From assembly GCA_038224685.1 (NCBI GenBank), contig JBBRFG010000001.1:1-58534 (forward strand): a stretch of 58,534 nt of DNA. Reading direction: 5' to 3'. This document shows, in pieces, positions 28,431-38,007 of the stretch. The DNA is from Sphingomonadales bacterium (lineage in GTDB: Bacteria; Pseudomonadota; Alphaproteobacteria; Sphingomonadales; Sphingomonadaceae). A model generated the notes under the pieces. It searched no databases. It had not been told where the DNA came from and saw only the letters and a program-made list of their open reading frames with translations. Position 1 is the stretch's first letter. Each line of letters begins with the position of its first letter. The translations under genes and the position numbers were made by a program.

Positions 28431-28961
28431 ATGATCCGGCGTATTGCATCTATAATGTTTCTGGCCTGGGCGATCGGCTTTTTGTGGTTTGCGGTTAGTT
28501 TGCCACGCCCGGTTGCGGGGATAGCCACCGACGCGGTGATTGTGCCCACCGGCGGCGCGGGCCGCATCGCGCGCGGTCTGGAGGTGCTGGATCAAGGGCT
28601 TGCGGATAAGATGCTGGTGAGCGGGGTCGACCCGGAGGTAAAGCCCGGCGAATTCGCCGCCGAATTCAAGGTCGATCCTGATCAAATGGAATGCTGTATC
28701 ACGCTGGGATATAGCGCGGTCGATACCCGCTCTAACGCCGCTGAAACCGCCAAGTGGGTGGCGCAGAACGAGGTGCGATCGCTGCGGCTGGTGACGACCG
28801 ACTGGCATATGCGGCGGACCGCGAGCGAGCTTGACCGCGCTTTGCCCGATCATGTCACGGTGATCCGCGATGCGGTGCCATCACAGCCCGATTTCGGCAC
28901 GCTGTTTCTTGAATATCACAAGCTGATTGCCAGCCGCGCGGCCGGACTGGCTGACCTTTGA
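28431..28961 (+). CDS. YdcF/DUF218 family protein
   Basis: 'VPTGGAGRI', 'DTRSNAAE', 'VTTDWHMRR', 'EYHK'; ATG at 28431. Confidence 0.88.
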   Translation: MIRRIASIMFLAWAIGFLWFAVSLPRPVAGIATDAVIVPTGGAGRIARGLEVLDQGLADKMLVSGVDPEVKPGEFAAEFKVDPDQMECCITLGYSAVDTRSNAAETAKWVAQNEVRSLRLVTTDWHMRRTASELDRALPDHVTVIRDAVPSQPDFGTLFLEYHKLIASRAAGLADL

Positions 28962-29650
28962 AACTGGTCTTCGCCGCGCTGCGCAGCCTTGTATTCTATG
29001 TCCTGTTCTACGGCGGCAGCGCGCTTTTGGTGGGCGCGTCGGTGCTGGCGATTGTGGCGCGCAATGCTTGGCTGGTGCCGGTGGTGGCCAAGTGGGGCGG
29101 CTGGCATTTGTGGTGCGTTGAAAAACTGCTGGGCATTCAGGTCGTGCTCGACGGCGAAATCCCCGACATGCCGGTGCTGATCGCGGTCAAGCACGAGAGC
29201 TTTTTTGAAGCGATTGATACCCCGCGCCTGTTCGCGCACCCAGCGGTGTTCGCCAAGCATGAATTGTTCAGCATCCCCGGCTGGGGTCATTCTGCGCTGA
29301 CTTATGGCCTGATCCCGGTGGCGCGCGACAAGGGAGCAACCACGCTGCGGGAAATGATTGCGGTCGCAAAAGAGCGTGTGGCGGCAGGCCGCCCGCTGGT
29401 GATCTTTCCCGAAGGCACGCGGGTCGCGCATGGTGCGCAGCCCAGATTGCAAGCGGGGTTTGCCGGGCTTTACAAGCTGCTCAAGCTGCCGGTGGTGCCA
29501 ATCGCGGTGGATAGCGGGCTGTCCTATCACCATGTGATCAAACGCCCCGGTCGGATCACGTACAAGGTCGGCGAGGTGATCCCGGCAGGGCTGGCGCGCG
29601 AAGAGGTCGAAGCGCGGGTGCACGCTGCGATCAATGCGCTAAATGGGTGA
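28958..29650 (+). CDS. plsC: Lysophospholipid (1-acyl-sn-glycerol-3-phosphate) acyltransferase
   Basis: 'KHESFFE' (HX4D-like) and 'IFPEGTR'. Confidence 0.85.
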   Translation: MKLVFAALRSLVFYVLFYGGSALLVGASVLAIVARNAWLVPVVAKWGGWHLWCVEKLLGIQVVLDGEIPDMPVLIAVKHESFFEAIDTPRLFAHPAVFAKHELFSIPGWGHSALTYGLIPVARDKGATTLREMIAVAKERVAAGRPLVIFPEGTRVAHGAQPRLQAGFAGLYKLLKLPVVPIAVDSGLSYHHVIKRPGRITYKVGEVIPAGLAREEVEARVHAAINALNG

Positions 29651-29674
29651 ACATCCTTCGCGGGAACTCACGCG

Positions 29675-30580
29675 CTAACTATGCTCCCGCCCAAAGTCAG
29701 GGCGTTCATCATCCTGGCCTTGTTCGATCACCTGCCGCCGGATCGCGCGGGTGCGGGTGAACAGATCAAACAGCGTATCCCCGTCACCTGACCGGATCGC
29801 GCGTTGCAGCGCGGTCAGGTCTTCGGAAAAGCGCCCCAGCATCTCCAGTACCGCGCCGCGATTGCTCAAAAACACATCGCGCCACATCACCGGATCGGAT
29901 GCGGCAATGCGGGTAAAATCGCGGAAGCCCCCGGCGGAATATTTGATCACCTCGCTTTGAGTCACATCCTCCAAATCGCTGGCGGTGCCCACAATCGTAT
30001 AGGCGATGAGGTGCGGGATGTGGCTGGTTACCGCCAGCACCAGATCGTGATGCGCGGCGTCCATCAGCTCCACCTTGGAACCAAGCTGCGTCCAGAAATC
30101 GCTCAATGCAGCCAATGCTGCCGCATCAACGCCAGCAGGCGGCGTTATGATACACCAGCGGCCCGAAAACAGCGTTGCAAAGCCAGCCTCCGGCCCGCTT
30201 TGTTCGGTTCCTGCCACCGGGTGCGCGGGGATGATGCAGGCACCCGGCAATGCAGCGGCAAGCGCGGCTGCAACGGCTTCCTTTGACGATCCGACATCGC
30301 TGATGATTGCATCGGGTGAGAGGCCCGGCGCAAGTTCATGCGCGGCTGCGCCCATCGCGCCGACGGGGACGCACAGGATCACCAGATCGGCATTGGTGAC
30401 GGCAGCGGAAGCGGTGTCGCACACCTGCCCAACCAACCCGCGCGTCGCTGCCTTGGTGCGCGTGGCAGGGTCGCAGTCAAACCCGGTGGTGGCGATCGCC
30501 AACCCGCGCGCTTTGATAGCCAACCCAATCGATCCGCCCAGCAACCCCAGCCCAATGATCGCAACGCGGCGGATCGTCAT
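29675..30580 (-). CDS. tyrC: Prephenate/arogenate (cyclohexadienyl) dehydrogenase
   Basis: GLGLLGGS, DVGSSK, HPVAGTE, SHIPH, GGFRDFTRIA. Confidence 0.93.
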   Translation of the reverse strand: MTIRRVAIIGLGLLGGSIGLAIKARGLAIATTGFDCDPATRTKAATRGLVGQVCDTASAAVTNADLVILCVPVGAMGAAAHELAPGLSPDAIISDVGSSKEAVAAALAAALPGACIIPAHPVAGTEQSGPEAGFATLFSGRWCIITPPAGVDAAALAALSDFWTQLGSKVELMDAAHHDLVLAVTSHIPHLIAYTIVGTASDLEDVTQSEVIKYSAGGFRDFTRIAASDPVMWRDVFLSNRGAVLEMLGRFSEDLTALQRAIRSGDGDTLFDLFTRTRAIRRQVIEQGQDDERPDFGREHS

Positions 30581-31713
30581 ACCGCCTCACCGCACAATAT
30601 GCGCAAAGCGGCGATCACACGGGTCATGTCGTCCGATTTGCCGATGGTGATGCGCAAAGCGCCCGGCAGCCCCTGACCCGGCAGATGGCGCACGGCATAG
30701 CCCGCGTCCGACAGCGCTTCCAATGCCGCAGCCGCGCTCACTTCGCCGTCAAAACGCACCAGCAGGAAATTGGCCTCGCTCGGGCTTGCGGACAGGCCAT
30801 GATTCCCCAGCATTGCGATGGCATCAGCCAGCCGTGCACGCTCGGTTGCGTTATGGTTGCGACTGGCTGCGACAAACGCCTGATCGCCGAGCGCCGCCAA
30901 CGCGGCCTTCTGCCCGCTGACTGACACGTTAAATGCTCCGCGCAGCCGGTTGACAAGGTCAATCAGATGGGGTGCGCCGGTCACCCAGCCGACCCGTTCC
31001 GACGCCAGACCATAGGCCTTTGAAAACGTCCGGCTGACCAGCACGTTTTCATGGGCGGCGGCCAGTTCAAACGCGGCGTGTTGCTGCGCTGGATCGACAT
31101 ATTCGCCGTAAGCCTCGTCCACCACCAACAACACATTCGGCGGCAGACCAGCGTGCAGCCGCCCGACTTCGGCAGGCGGCAGGAAGCTGCCCACCGGATT
31201 GTTCGGATTGTCGAGCAGCACGACCTTGGTCTGGCCTGTCACCGCCGCAAGCAGGTTATCGACCGAAGCGGCATAGCCATTATCGTCGGCCCACACCGGC
31301 GTCGCGCCGACTCTGTGCGCCAGCAGCGGGTAAAGCGAGAACGAATAGCGCGAGAATAACACCTCGTCCCCCACCCCGGCCAGCGCTTGAACCACGCATT
31401 GCAGCAACTCGCCCGAGCCAGTGCCGCACACAATCCGTTCGGGATCGAGCCCGTGGACGGCGGCAATTGCTTCGCGAAGCGCGCGCGCATCGGGATCAGG
31501 ATAGTCAGCCGCAACATGGCCCTGTACCAATGCCGCCAACGCCGCCGGGCTGCTGCCAAGCGGGTTTTCGTTGGCCGATAGCTTGACGAGCGGCGCGCCA
31601 GAAGCCGACTGCGACTTGCCCGGCACATAGGCGTGGATCTGCGCGATCCAAGGCTTGGGTTCGGGTTTGGGCCCGGGCTTAGGAAACGGCTTGGGTTCAG
31701 CTGTTTTTGTCAT
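30577..31713 (-). CDS. hisC: Histidinol-phosphate aminotransferase
   Basis: KLSANENP, NPNNP, DEAYGEY, PLP lysine in RTFSKAYGLA. Confidence 0.95.
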   Translation of the reverse strand: MTKTAEPKPFPKPGPKPEPKPWIAQIHAYVPGKSQSASGAPLVKLSANENPLGSSPAALAALVQGHVAADYPDPDARALREAIAAVHGLDPERIVCGTGSGELLQCVVQALAGVGDEVLFSRYSFSLYPLLAHRVGATPVWADDNGYAASVDNLLAAVTGQTKVVLLDNPNNPVGSFLPPAEVGRLHAGLPPNVLLVVDEAYGEYVDPAQQHAAFELAAAHENVLVSRTFSKAYGLASERVGWVTGAPHLIDLVNRLRGAFNVSVSGQKAALAALGDQAFVAASRNHNATERARLADAIAMLGNHGLSASPSEANFLLVRFDGEVSAAAALEALSDAGYAVRHLPGQGLPGALRITIGKSDDMTRVIAALRILCGEAV

Positions 31714-31739
31714 CGCAAAGCCCGATGATAGAAAAACTG

Positions 31740-31815
31740 CCCTTCGACAAGCTTCGGGTGAGTGGTTATGGGGCGAACCTCAAATTAAACCCGCTCGTGC
31801 TGAACTTGTCGAAGC
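31740..31815. repeat. REP-like palindromic element pair
   Basis: CCCTTCGACAAGCTTCGGGTGAG ... CTCGTGCTGAACTTGTCGAAG in inverted arrangement; same family as 33556-33630. Confidence 0.75.
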
Positions 31816-31827
31816 ACTGCTCTTTCG

Positions 31828-32949
31828 TTGATTGCGCGCCAACTGTTGAACCCCTCGCCCGTATTCTCGCTCCCCCACCCCTTGCCGCTTGATAGCGGGC
31901 AGGTGCTGGAGGGCTGCGAGATTGCCTATGAAACTTACGGCACGCTGGCGCCCGATGCATCGAACGCGGTGCTGGTGTGCCATGCGTTGACCGGTGACCA
32001 GTATCTGGCCAGCCCGCACCCGATCACCGGCAAGCCGGGGTGGTGGGAACGGATGGTTGGCCCGGCCAAGCCAATCGACACAAGCCGCCACTTCGTGATT
32101 TGCGCCAATGTCATCGGCAGCTGCATGGGATCGAGCGGCCCGGCTAGCCTCGCGCCCGATGGCTCGCCCTATGCGATGCGGTTTCCCGTTATCACGATCC
32201 GCGACATGGTGCGCGCGCTGACGGCGCTACTCGATGGTCTGGGGATCGCGCGGCTGCACGCGGTGGTCGGCGGGTCCATGGGCGGAATGCAGGCGCTGAG
32301 CCTTGCTGCCAACTGGCCCGAACGAGCGGCGCGGGTGCTGGTGATCGCCGCCACCGCGCGCCATTCAGCGCAGAACATCGCGTTTCACGAGGTCGGACGT
32401 CAGGCGATTATGGCCGATCCCGCCTGGGCCGAGGGCGATTATTACGCGGCTGATGCCAAGCCAGATAACGGCCTCGCCGTCGCGCGGATGGCTGCACATA
32501 TCACCTATTTGTCCGAAGCCGGGTTGACCGAGAAGTTCGGGCGACGGTTGCAGGACCGGGAGGCCAAGGGGTTTGGGTTCGACGCTGAATTTCAGGTGGA
32601 AAGTTACCTCCGCTATCAGGGCAGCGGCTTCACCCGGCGGTTTGATGCCAACAGCTACCTCTATATCACGCGGGCGATGGATTATTTCGACCTTGCAGAG
32701 GAATTTGGGGCCGAAGGACATGGGGGCAAACTCGCCGCCGCTTTCGCAGGCACGCAGGCGCGGTTCTGTCTGGTCAGCTTTGATACCGACTGGCTCTACC
32801 CCACCGCCGAAAGCCGCCATATCGTCCATGCCTTGAACGCTGCTGGGGCCAAGGTCAGTTTCGTGGAATTGAGCGCGCCCAACGGGCATGACAGCTTCCT
32901 GCTCGAACATGACCAGCTCGACCGAGTGGTGACGGGGTTTATCGAATGA
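31828..32949 (+). CDS. metX: Homoserine O-acetyltransferase
   Basis: CHALTGD, GGSMGG nucleophile, RFDANSY, GHDSFL. Confidence 0.95.
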   Translation: MIARQLLNPSPVFSLPHPLPLDSGQVLEGCEIAYETYGTLAPDASNAVLVCHALTGDQYLASPHPITGKPGWWERMVGPAKPIDTSRHFVICANVIGSCMGSSGPASLAPDGSPYAMRFPVITIRDMVRALTALLDGLGIARLHAVVGGSMGGMQALSLAANWPERAARVLVIAATARHSAQNIAFHEVGRQAIMADPAWAEGDYYAADAKPDNGLAVARMAAHITYLSEAGLTEKFGRRLQDREAKGFGFDAEFQVESYLRYQGSGFTRRFDANSYLYITRAMDYFDLAEEFGAEGHGGKLAAAFAGTQARFCLVSFDTDWLYPTAESRHIVHALNAAGAKVSFVELSAPNGHDSFLLEHDQLDRVVTGFIE

Positions 32950-33548
32950 CCCCGCCACTGCCTTCACTGCGCGCGGATCTTGCCGCAATCGCTGCCCATG
33001 TCACGCCCGGCAGCCGGGTGCTCGATATCGGTTGCGGCGACGGTGCGTTGATGGCCGCGCTGGAAAGCGCCAGCGGGTGCGATGCGCGCGGGATGGAGCT
33101 GGACGGCGCGCTGGTGGAACGCTGCGTGTCGCGCGGGCTGTCAGTGGTGCAGGGCGATGCCAATGCCGACCTTGCCGAATATCCCGACAAGGCATTCGAT
33201 TACGCAATCCTGAGCCAAACCTTGCAAACCGCAAGCCGGCCTGACCTGATCCTTGATGAATTGCTCCGGGTCGGGCGGCGGGCGTTTGTCTCGTTCCCCA
33301 ATTTCGCGCACTGGCGCACGCGGGCAGCGTTGATGATTGGCGGGCGGATGCCGGTTACCCGCGCGCTGCCGGTGAGCTGGTACGAGACACAGAACATTCA
33401 CCACGTGACGGTGGAGGATTTCCGCGACCTTGCCCGCATGAAGCGCGCGAACATCGAACGCGCGTGGTTCTTTGCCAATGAACAGCAAATCGGCGCGCCA
33501 GCAGCCAACTGGCGCGCCGAATTCGCAGTGTTTGAATTGAGTCGCTGA
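32946..33548 (+). CDS. metW: Methionine biosynthesis protein MetW
   Basis: [28 protein letters not shown]; coupled to metX. Confidence 0.95.
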   Translation: MTPPLPSLRADLAAIAAHVTPGSRVLDIGCGDGALMAALESASGCDARGMELDGALVERCVSRGLSVVQGDANADLAEYPDKAFDYAILSQTLQTASRPDLILDELLRVGRRAFVSFPNFAHWRTRAALMIGGRMPVTRALPVSWYETQNIHHVTVEDFRDLARMKRANIERAWFFANEQQIGAPAANWRAEFAVFELSR

Positions 33549-33555
33549 AAAAGGC

Positions 33556-33630
33556 TCGCTCGTGCTGAGCTTGTCAAAATAAGCTCACCAATCCCGCTCA
33601 CCCTTCGACAAGCTTAAGGGTGAGCGGGGA
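33556..33630. repeat. REP-like element / strong hairpin between convergent genes
   Basis: CTCGTGCTGAGCTTGTC plus a perfect 15-bp stem ATCCCGCTCACCCTT-(CGACAAGCTT)-AAGGGTGAGCGGGAT at 33591-33630. Confidence 0.8.
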
Positions 33631-33647
33631 TCGAGTTTGGGATTCAA

Positions 33648-34040
33648 TCAACCGATGCGGTGCAACATGCAGAGCTTGTGACCGTCGGGATCGAGCACGT
33701 AGCCAAGGTTCAACGAGCCCATCGATCCGGCGCGTAGGCCTGGCGGGTCTTCGATCGACTTGCCCCCGGCAGCCACCGCCGCATCGTGGAACGCCTGAAC
33801 CTGTTCCAAACTGTCGCAGGCAAATCCGATGGTTGAGCCATTGGCGCAGGCCGCCGGTTCATCATTGATCGGCTGGCTGATCCCAAAAATCCCGCCACCA
33901 TGCATATAAAACAGGCGCTTGTGGCCGGTGGCGGCTTCGTTGATCATCGCCGGACCCGCGCCGAGCGTGGCGAGCACGGGGTCGTAAAACGCCTTTGCGC
34001 GGTCGATATCATTAGTGCCGATCATCACGTGACTGAACAT
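33648..34040 (-). CDS. VOC/glyoxalase family protein
   Basis: 'MFSHVMIGTNDIDRAKAFYD', 'YVLDPDGHKLC'; ATG at 34040. Confidence 0.9.
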   Translation of the reverse strand: MFSHVMIGTNDIDRAKAFYDPVLATLGAGPAMINEAATGHKRLFYMHGGGIFGISQPINDEPAACANGSTIGFACDSLEQVQAFHDAAVAAGGKSIEDPPGLRAGSMGSLNLGYVLDPDGHKLCMLHRIG

Positions 34041-34164
34041 AAAACTGGAGTCTCCTCTCATAGAACCGGTTGCAGATTAGGACGGAATGAGCGCGGCGGC
34101 AATCTGCTTTTCGGCCAGCATTTTGGGTAGCCATTGGTTCATCTGGCAGTGCATAGAAGGCGCT

Positions 34165-34506
34165 ATGATTACGTCCCTGATCGCCGCCTTGCTTGCTGCC
34201 CAACCGGCACCAACACTCTCCCTTTCGCAGGAAAGCCGTGCATTGTTGCGGTGTTCGGCAGCGTTTGCGCTGGTGTCGCGGCGGCAGGCCGATGGCGATC
34301 CGGCCGCGCGGCGCTGGCCCGCATTGGACATCCGCGGGCGCGAGTTTTTTGTGCGTTCGCTGGCGCAGTTGATGGATCAGACCGGGCTCGACCGGGCTGG
34401 CATCGCTATGCTGGCCGCGGTTGAGGCCAAGGCATTGCAAGACAGCGGCGAGGCGGACACGATTATGCCGTCGTGTCTGGTGATGCTGGAATCCTCGGGC
34501 GTTTGA
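34165..34506 (+). CDS. Hypothetical exported protein
   Basis: Signal-like MITSLIAALLAA, two Cys (LRCSAAF, MPSCL). Confidence 0.7.
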   Translation: MITSLIAALLAAQPAPTLSLSQESRALLRCSAAFALVSRRQADGDPAARRWPALDIRGREFFVRSLAQLMDQTGLDRAGIAMLAAVEAKALQDSGEADTIMPSCLVMLESSGV

Positions 34507-34584
34507 TTACTCCCCCATTACTCGCCCGGTAGCGGGGCCGGGGCATGGATTTGCCCGGCAACTTGCGGCATGGGATGGCGCATC

Positions 34585-35253
34585 ATGTGGCAGCTTTACC
34601 AATTCCCCCTATGCCCGTTCAGCCGCAAGATCCGTTTGCTGCTGAGCGAAAAGAACATCGCCTATGATCTGGTGCGCGAAGACCCGTGGGCGGCATCGGA
34701 TATGTTCTTCAACCGCAATCCGGCCGGCCGCACTCCGGTGATCGTCAATGCGGACAAACACATCACCATCCCGGATAGCCGGGCAATTGCAGAATATTTT
34801 GAAGAGACGGTTGATCGCACCCCGATGATCAACGGTACCGCTGCACAGCGAGCCGAGATCCGCCGGTTGGTGGCGCTGTTCGATGAGAATTTCTACGCCG
34901 ATGTGACCGCGCCCTTGCTGTCCGAACGCATGAAAAAGCGCATTATGCGCCAGCCTCCCAACAGCCGCGCGCTGCATGAGGCGATGAAGATGGCGCATGG
35001 GCACCTCGATTATCTCGACTGGCTGATCGATAACCGCCCGTGGGTGGCAGGTTCGACCATGAGCCTGGCTGATCTGGCTGCTGCCGCGCAAATTTCGGTT
35101 GCTGATTACCTTGGCGGGATCGACTGGACCGGCCATGAACAGTCGCGCGGGTGGTATGCCGTGTTCAAAAGCCGCCCAAGCTTTCGCCCGCTACTAACCG
35201 AGCGGATGGACATGATCCAACCGCCGCCGCATTATGCACTGCTTGATGGGTGA
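34585..35253 (+). CDS. fzlA: GST-fold protein, FtsZ-binding FzlA-like
   Basis: '[15 protein letters not shown]', '[16 protein letters not shown]', '[10 protein letters not shown]', C-terminal PPPHY. Confidence 0.78.
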   Translation: MWQLYQFPLCPFSRKIRLLLSEKNIAYDLVREDPWAASDMFFNRNPAGRTPVIVNADKHITIPDSRAIAEYFEETVDRTPMINGTAAQRAEIRRLVALFDENFYADVTAPLLSERMKKRIMRQPPNSRALHEAMKMAHGHLDYLDWLIDNRPWVAGSTMSLADLAAAAQISVADYLGGIDWTGHEQSRGWYAVFKSRPSFRPLLTERMDMIQPPPHYALLDG

Positions 35254-35267
35254 AGGAAAATAGCGAA

Positions 35268-35675
35268 ATGTCCGATGATCCGCACAGTGTAACCGACGCC
35301 GAATGGCGCGAAAAACTCTCGCCCCAGCAGTATCATGTGCTGCGCGAGGCAGGAACAGAACGCGCATTTAGCGGCGAATACGACAAGTTCTACGACGACG
35401 GCGAATACCACTGCGCCGCCTGCGGCACGCAGCTGTTTTACAGCACCGCCAAGTATAATTCTGGCTGCGGGTGGCCCGCCTTCACCCGCCCCGCTGACGC
35501 CGAACTGGTCGATGAACACCGCGATGTCAGCTACGGCATGGTGCGCACCGAAGTTCGCTGCGGCAAGTGCGGCGGGCATCTGGGCCATGTGTTCCCTGAT
35601 GGCCCGCCCGATCAGGGGGGGCTGCGATATTGCATCAATTCAGCTGCACTGGTTTTCACCCCAGCCGGCGATTGA
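35268..35675 (+). CDS. msrB: Peptide methionine (R)-sulfoxide reductase
   Basis: [30 protein letters not shown]. Confidence 0.97.
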   Translation: MSDDPHSVTDAEWREKLSPQQYHVLREAGTERAFSGEYDKFYDDGEYHCAACGTQLFYSTAKYNSGCGWPAFTRPADAELVDEHRDVSYGMVRTEVRCGKCGGHLGHVFPDGPPDQGGLRYCINSAALVFTPAGD

Positions 35676-35791
35676 GGCGGATCGCGGTCAGAAAAGCAGC
35701 GCGGACATGCAGGTTCACCCCCAGTTACAATTCGCCGACACACACAGGCGAACAGCGTCACAACGCAGCGGGCATCAAATAGGCGCAGGCC

Positions 35792-37948
35792 ATGTCGAAA
35801 AGGGGTGAGCGGTTGCAGGACAGGGGCGCACGCGGCACGCGCCGGGCAACGGCGGAACGATCAGCGCAAGCTGCGCCTGCCCGGTCAGATATTGCACCGC
35901 CATCGCGCCTGCGCCGTTGGCTGAAGCGCATAGTGATGTGGAGCGGCGCGCTGGCGCTGCTGGGGCTAGTGTTTATCGTCTTTGCCGTCGGCTTTGCAGC
36001 ACAATCGCTGCCGAGCTATGCCGCGCTGCAAGCGACCCAGCCGGGACAAACCATCGTGGTGCGCGCACGCGACGGGCGCGAGTTGGTTGAACTTGGGCCG
36101 AGTTTTGGCGAATGGCTCGATTACCGCGATATTCCCGAAAACATGACCAACGCGATGATCGCGGTGGAGGACAAACGGTTCCAATCCCACCTAGGGGTCG
36201 ATCCCGTACGATTGACCGGAGCCATCGTCGAAGGCTTCACCGGGGATGACCGGATCGGCGGCACATCGACGATCACCCAGCAGTTGGCGCGTAACCTGTT
36301 CCTCAACAGCAACCGCTCCCTCGACCGCAAGGCGCGCGAAGCAGTGTTGGCGTTGGCGCTCGAATGGAAGTTTTCCAAAGAACAAATCCTCGAACTCTAT
36401 CTTAACAAGGTCTATTTCGGCGGCGGAGCTTACGGGATCGACTCTGCCTCGCGCAAATTCTTCAGCCACCCGGCCAAAACCCTCAGCGTCGAAGAAGCGG
36501 CGATCATCGCAGGGCTGGTCAAAGCACCAAGCCGTTATTCGCCGACAGCCGACGTGCAGGCCGCAGTTGACCGCGCGCAGGTGGTGCTGAGGCTGATGCG
36601 CGAACAGGGGTATATCTCGCCCGATCAGGCTTTGGTCGATGTCAGCGCGGTACAGTTAAAGGAACAGGCAGGGCAGAATTCGGCGCGCTATTTCACCGAT
36701 TGGGTGCTGCCGCAACTCGATATCATCCTGCCCGAAACCAATGAACCGATTGAGGTGTGGACGACGCTGGACATCGGGATGCAACGCGCCGCGACCGCTT
36801 CGATTGAGGCCAACACTCCTGATGGGGCGCAGGGCGCATTGGTCAGTCTGGACCGCGACGGCGCGATCCTTGCGCTGGTCGGCGGCACCGATTACGTCGA
36901 AAGCAACTTCAACCGCGCCACCACTGCGATGCGCCAACCCGGGTCGGCATGGAAACTGTTTGTCTACCTCGCAGCGCTTGAGAAGGGCTACACGCCCGAG
37001 GACAAGGTGGTCGATACCCCGGTCACAATCGACGGGTGGAGCCCGCGCAATTCCAATGGCCGCAATGTCGGCGAAACCGATCTGCGCACGGCGTTTGCCT
37101 ATTCGATCAACACGGTCGCAGCCCAGCTTGGCAACGAAGTCGGGTTTGGCACAGTTGCATCAATGGCGCGGCGGTTCGGGATTACGTCTGAAGTATCCAC
37201 TTTTCCGTCGATGGTGCTGGGATCATCCGAAGTCCGGGTGATAGAAATGACGCAAGCCTTTGCCGCGATTTCGGCCAAGGGCTTGGCCGTTCAACCCTAC
37301 GGCATCACCAAAGTTACAGGGGCCAGCGGTGATGTGCTGTTCCGCCGCGAACAGCCGCGCGATGTGCAACAAGTCCCCGATTATGTCGTCGCCGGGATGA
37401 CCGATCTTTTGCAGGCGGCGGTGCAGACCGGCACCGGCCGCGCCGCTCAGATCGGGCGGCCGGTGGCAGGCAAGACCGGCACCACATCATCAAACAAAGA
37501 TGGCTGGTTTATCGGCTTTTCCAGCGGGATCACGACCGGCGTATGGATGGGCCGCGATGATGCCAAGCCGGTGCCGGGCCTGCAAGGCGGGCGCGCCCCG
37601 GCGCAGGCATTTGCATCTTATATGCGCTTTGCTGTCGCCAAGCGCCCGGTCGAAGAGTTCGACACGACGCTAGAACTGCCCGAATGGCAGCTTGAACCCG
37701 ATGAAGAGGCGCTCTTCGGCAACCCTGACGATTATTACTACATCGATGAACAGGGCAATCTGATTGAGCCGACCCGCCGCGATCCTGAGCAGAGCCCGTT
37801 CGGAATCGAAGGTGAACGCGGCGAGGAAGCACCTTCCGCCGCAAGCGACGATTTCCTCGAACAAGCCACTGGCGGCGCATTGCCGCAGAACCCGCGTGAT
37901 CCCCGCCGTCCGCCGCCGCAACCGGGGCTAAAACCGCCCGAATTCTGA
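35792..37948 (+). CDS. Class A penicillin-binding protein (PBP1A family)
   Basis: Glycosyltransferase motifs EDKRF, GTSTITQQLA, RKARE; transpeptidase motifs SAWK, SIN, KTGT. Confidence 0.95.
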   Translation: MSKRGERLQDRGARGTRRATAERSAQAAPARSDIAPPSRLRRWLKRIVMWSGALALLGLVFIVFAVGFAAQSLPSYAALQATQPGQTIVVRARDGRELVELGPSFGEWLDYRDIPENMTNAMIAVEDKRFQSHLGVDPVRLTGAIVEGFTGDDRIGGTSTITQQLARNLFLNSNRSLDRKAREAVLALALEWKFSKEQILELYLNKVYFGGGAYGIDSASRKFFSHPAKTLSVEEAAIIAGLVKAPSRYSPTADVQAAVDRAQVVLRLMREQGYISPDQALVDVSAVQLKEQAGQNSARYFTDWVLPQLDIILPETNEPIEVWTTLDIGMQRAATASIEANTPDGAQGALVSLDRDGAILALVGGTDYVESNFNRATTAMRQPGSAWKLFVYLAALEKGYTPEDKVVDTPVTIDGWSPRNSNGRNVGETDLRTAFAYSINTVAAQLGNEVGFGTVASMARRFGITSEVSTFPSMVLGSSEVRVIEMTQAFAAISAKGLAVQPYGITKVTGASGDVLFRREQPRDVQQVPDYVVAGMTDLLQAAVQTGTGRAAQIGRPVAGKTGTTSSNKDGWFIGFSSGITTGVWMGRDDAKPVPGLQGGRAPAQAFASYMRFAVAKRPVEEFDTTLELPEWQLEPDEEALFGNPDDYYYIDEQGNLIEPTRRDPEQSPFGIEGERGEEAPSAASDDFLEQATGGALPQNPRDPRRPPPQPGLKPPEF

Positions 37949-37952
37949 CATG

Positions 37953-37993
37953 AAAAAAGGGGCGCCGGGATTATCTCCCAGCGCCCCTTTTTT
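37953..37993. terminator. Bidirectional Rho-independent terminator
   Basis: AAAAAAGGGGCGC...GCGCCCCTTTTTT between the convergent PBP and protease genes. Confidence 0.85.
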
Positions 37994-38007
37994 CCATTGT
38001 CGTCCGA

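Noticed and set aside
31714-31827. SAM riboswitch upstream of metX
   Set aside because: No recognisable SAM-II/SAM-SAH consensus by eye, and the gap is occupied by REP-like repeats. An Rfam scan would settle it.
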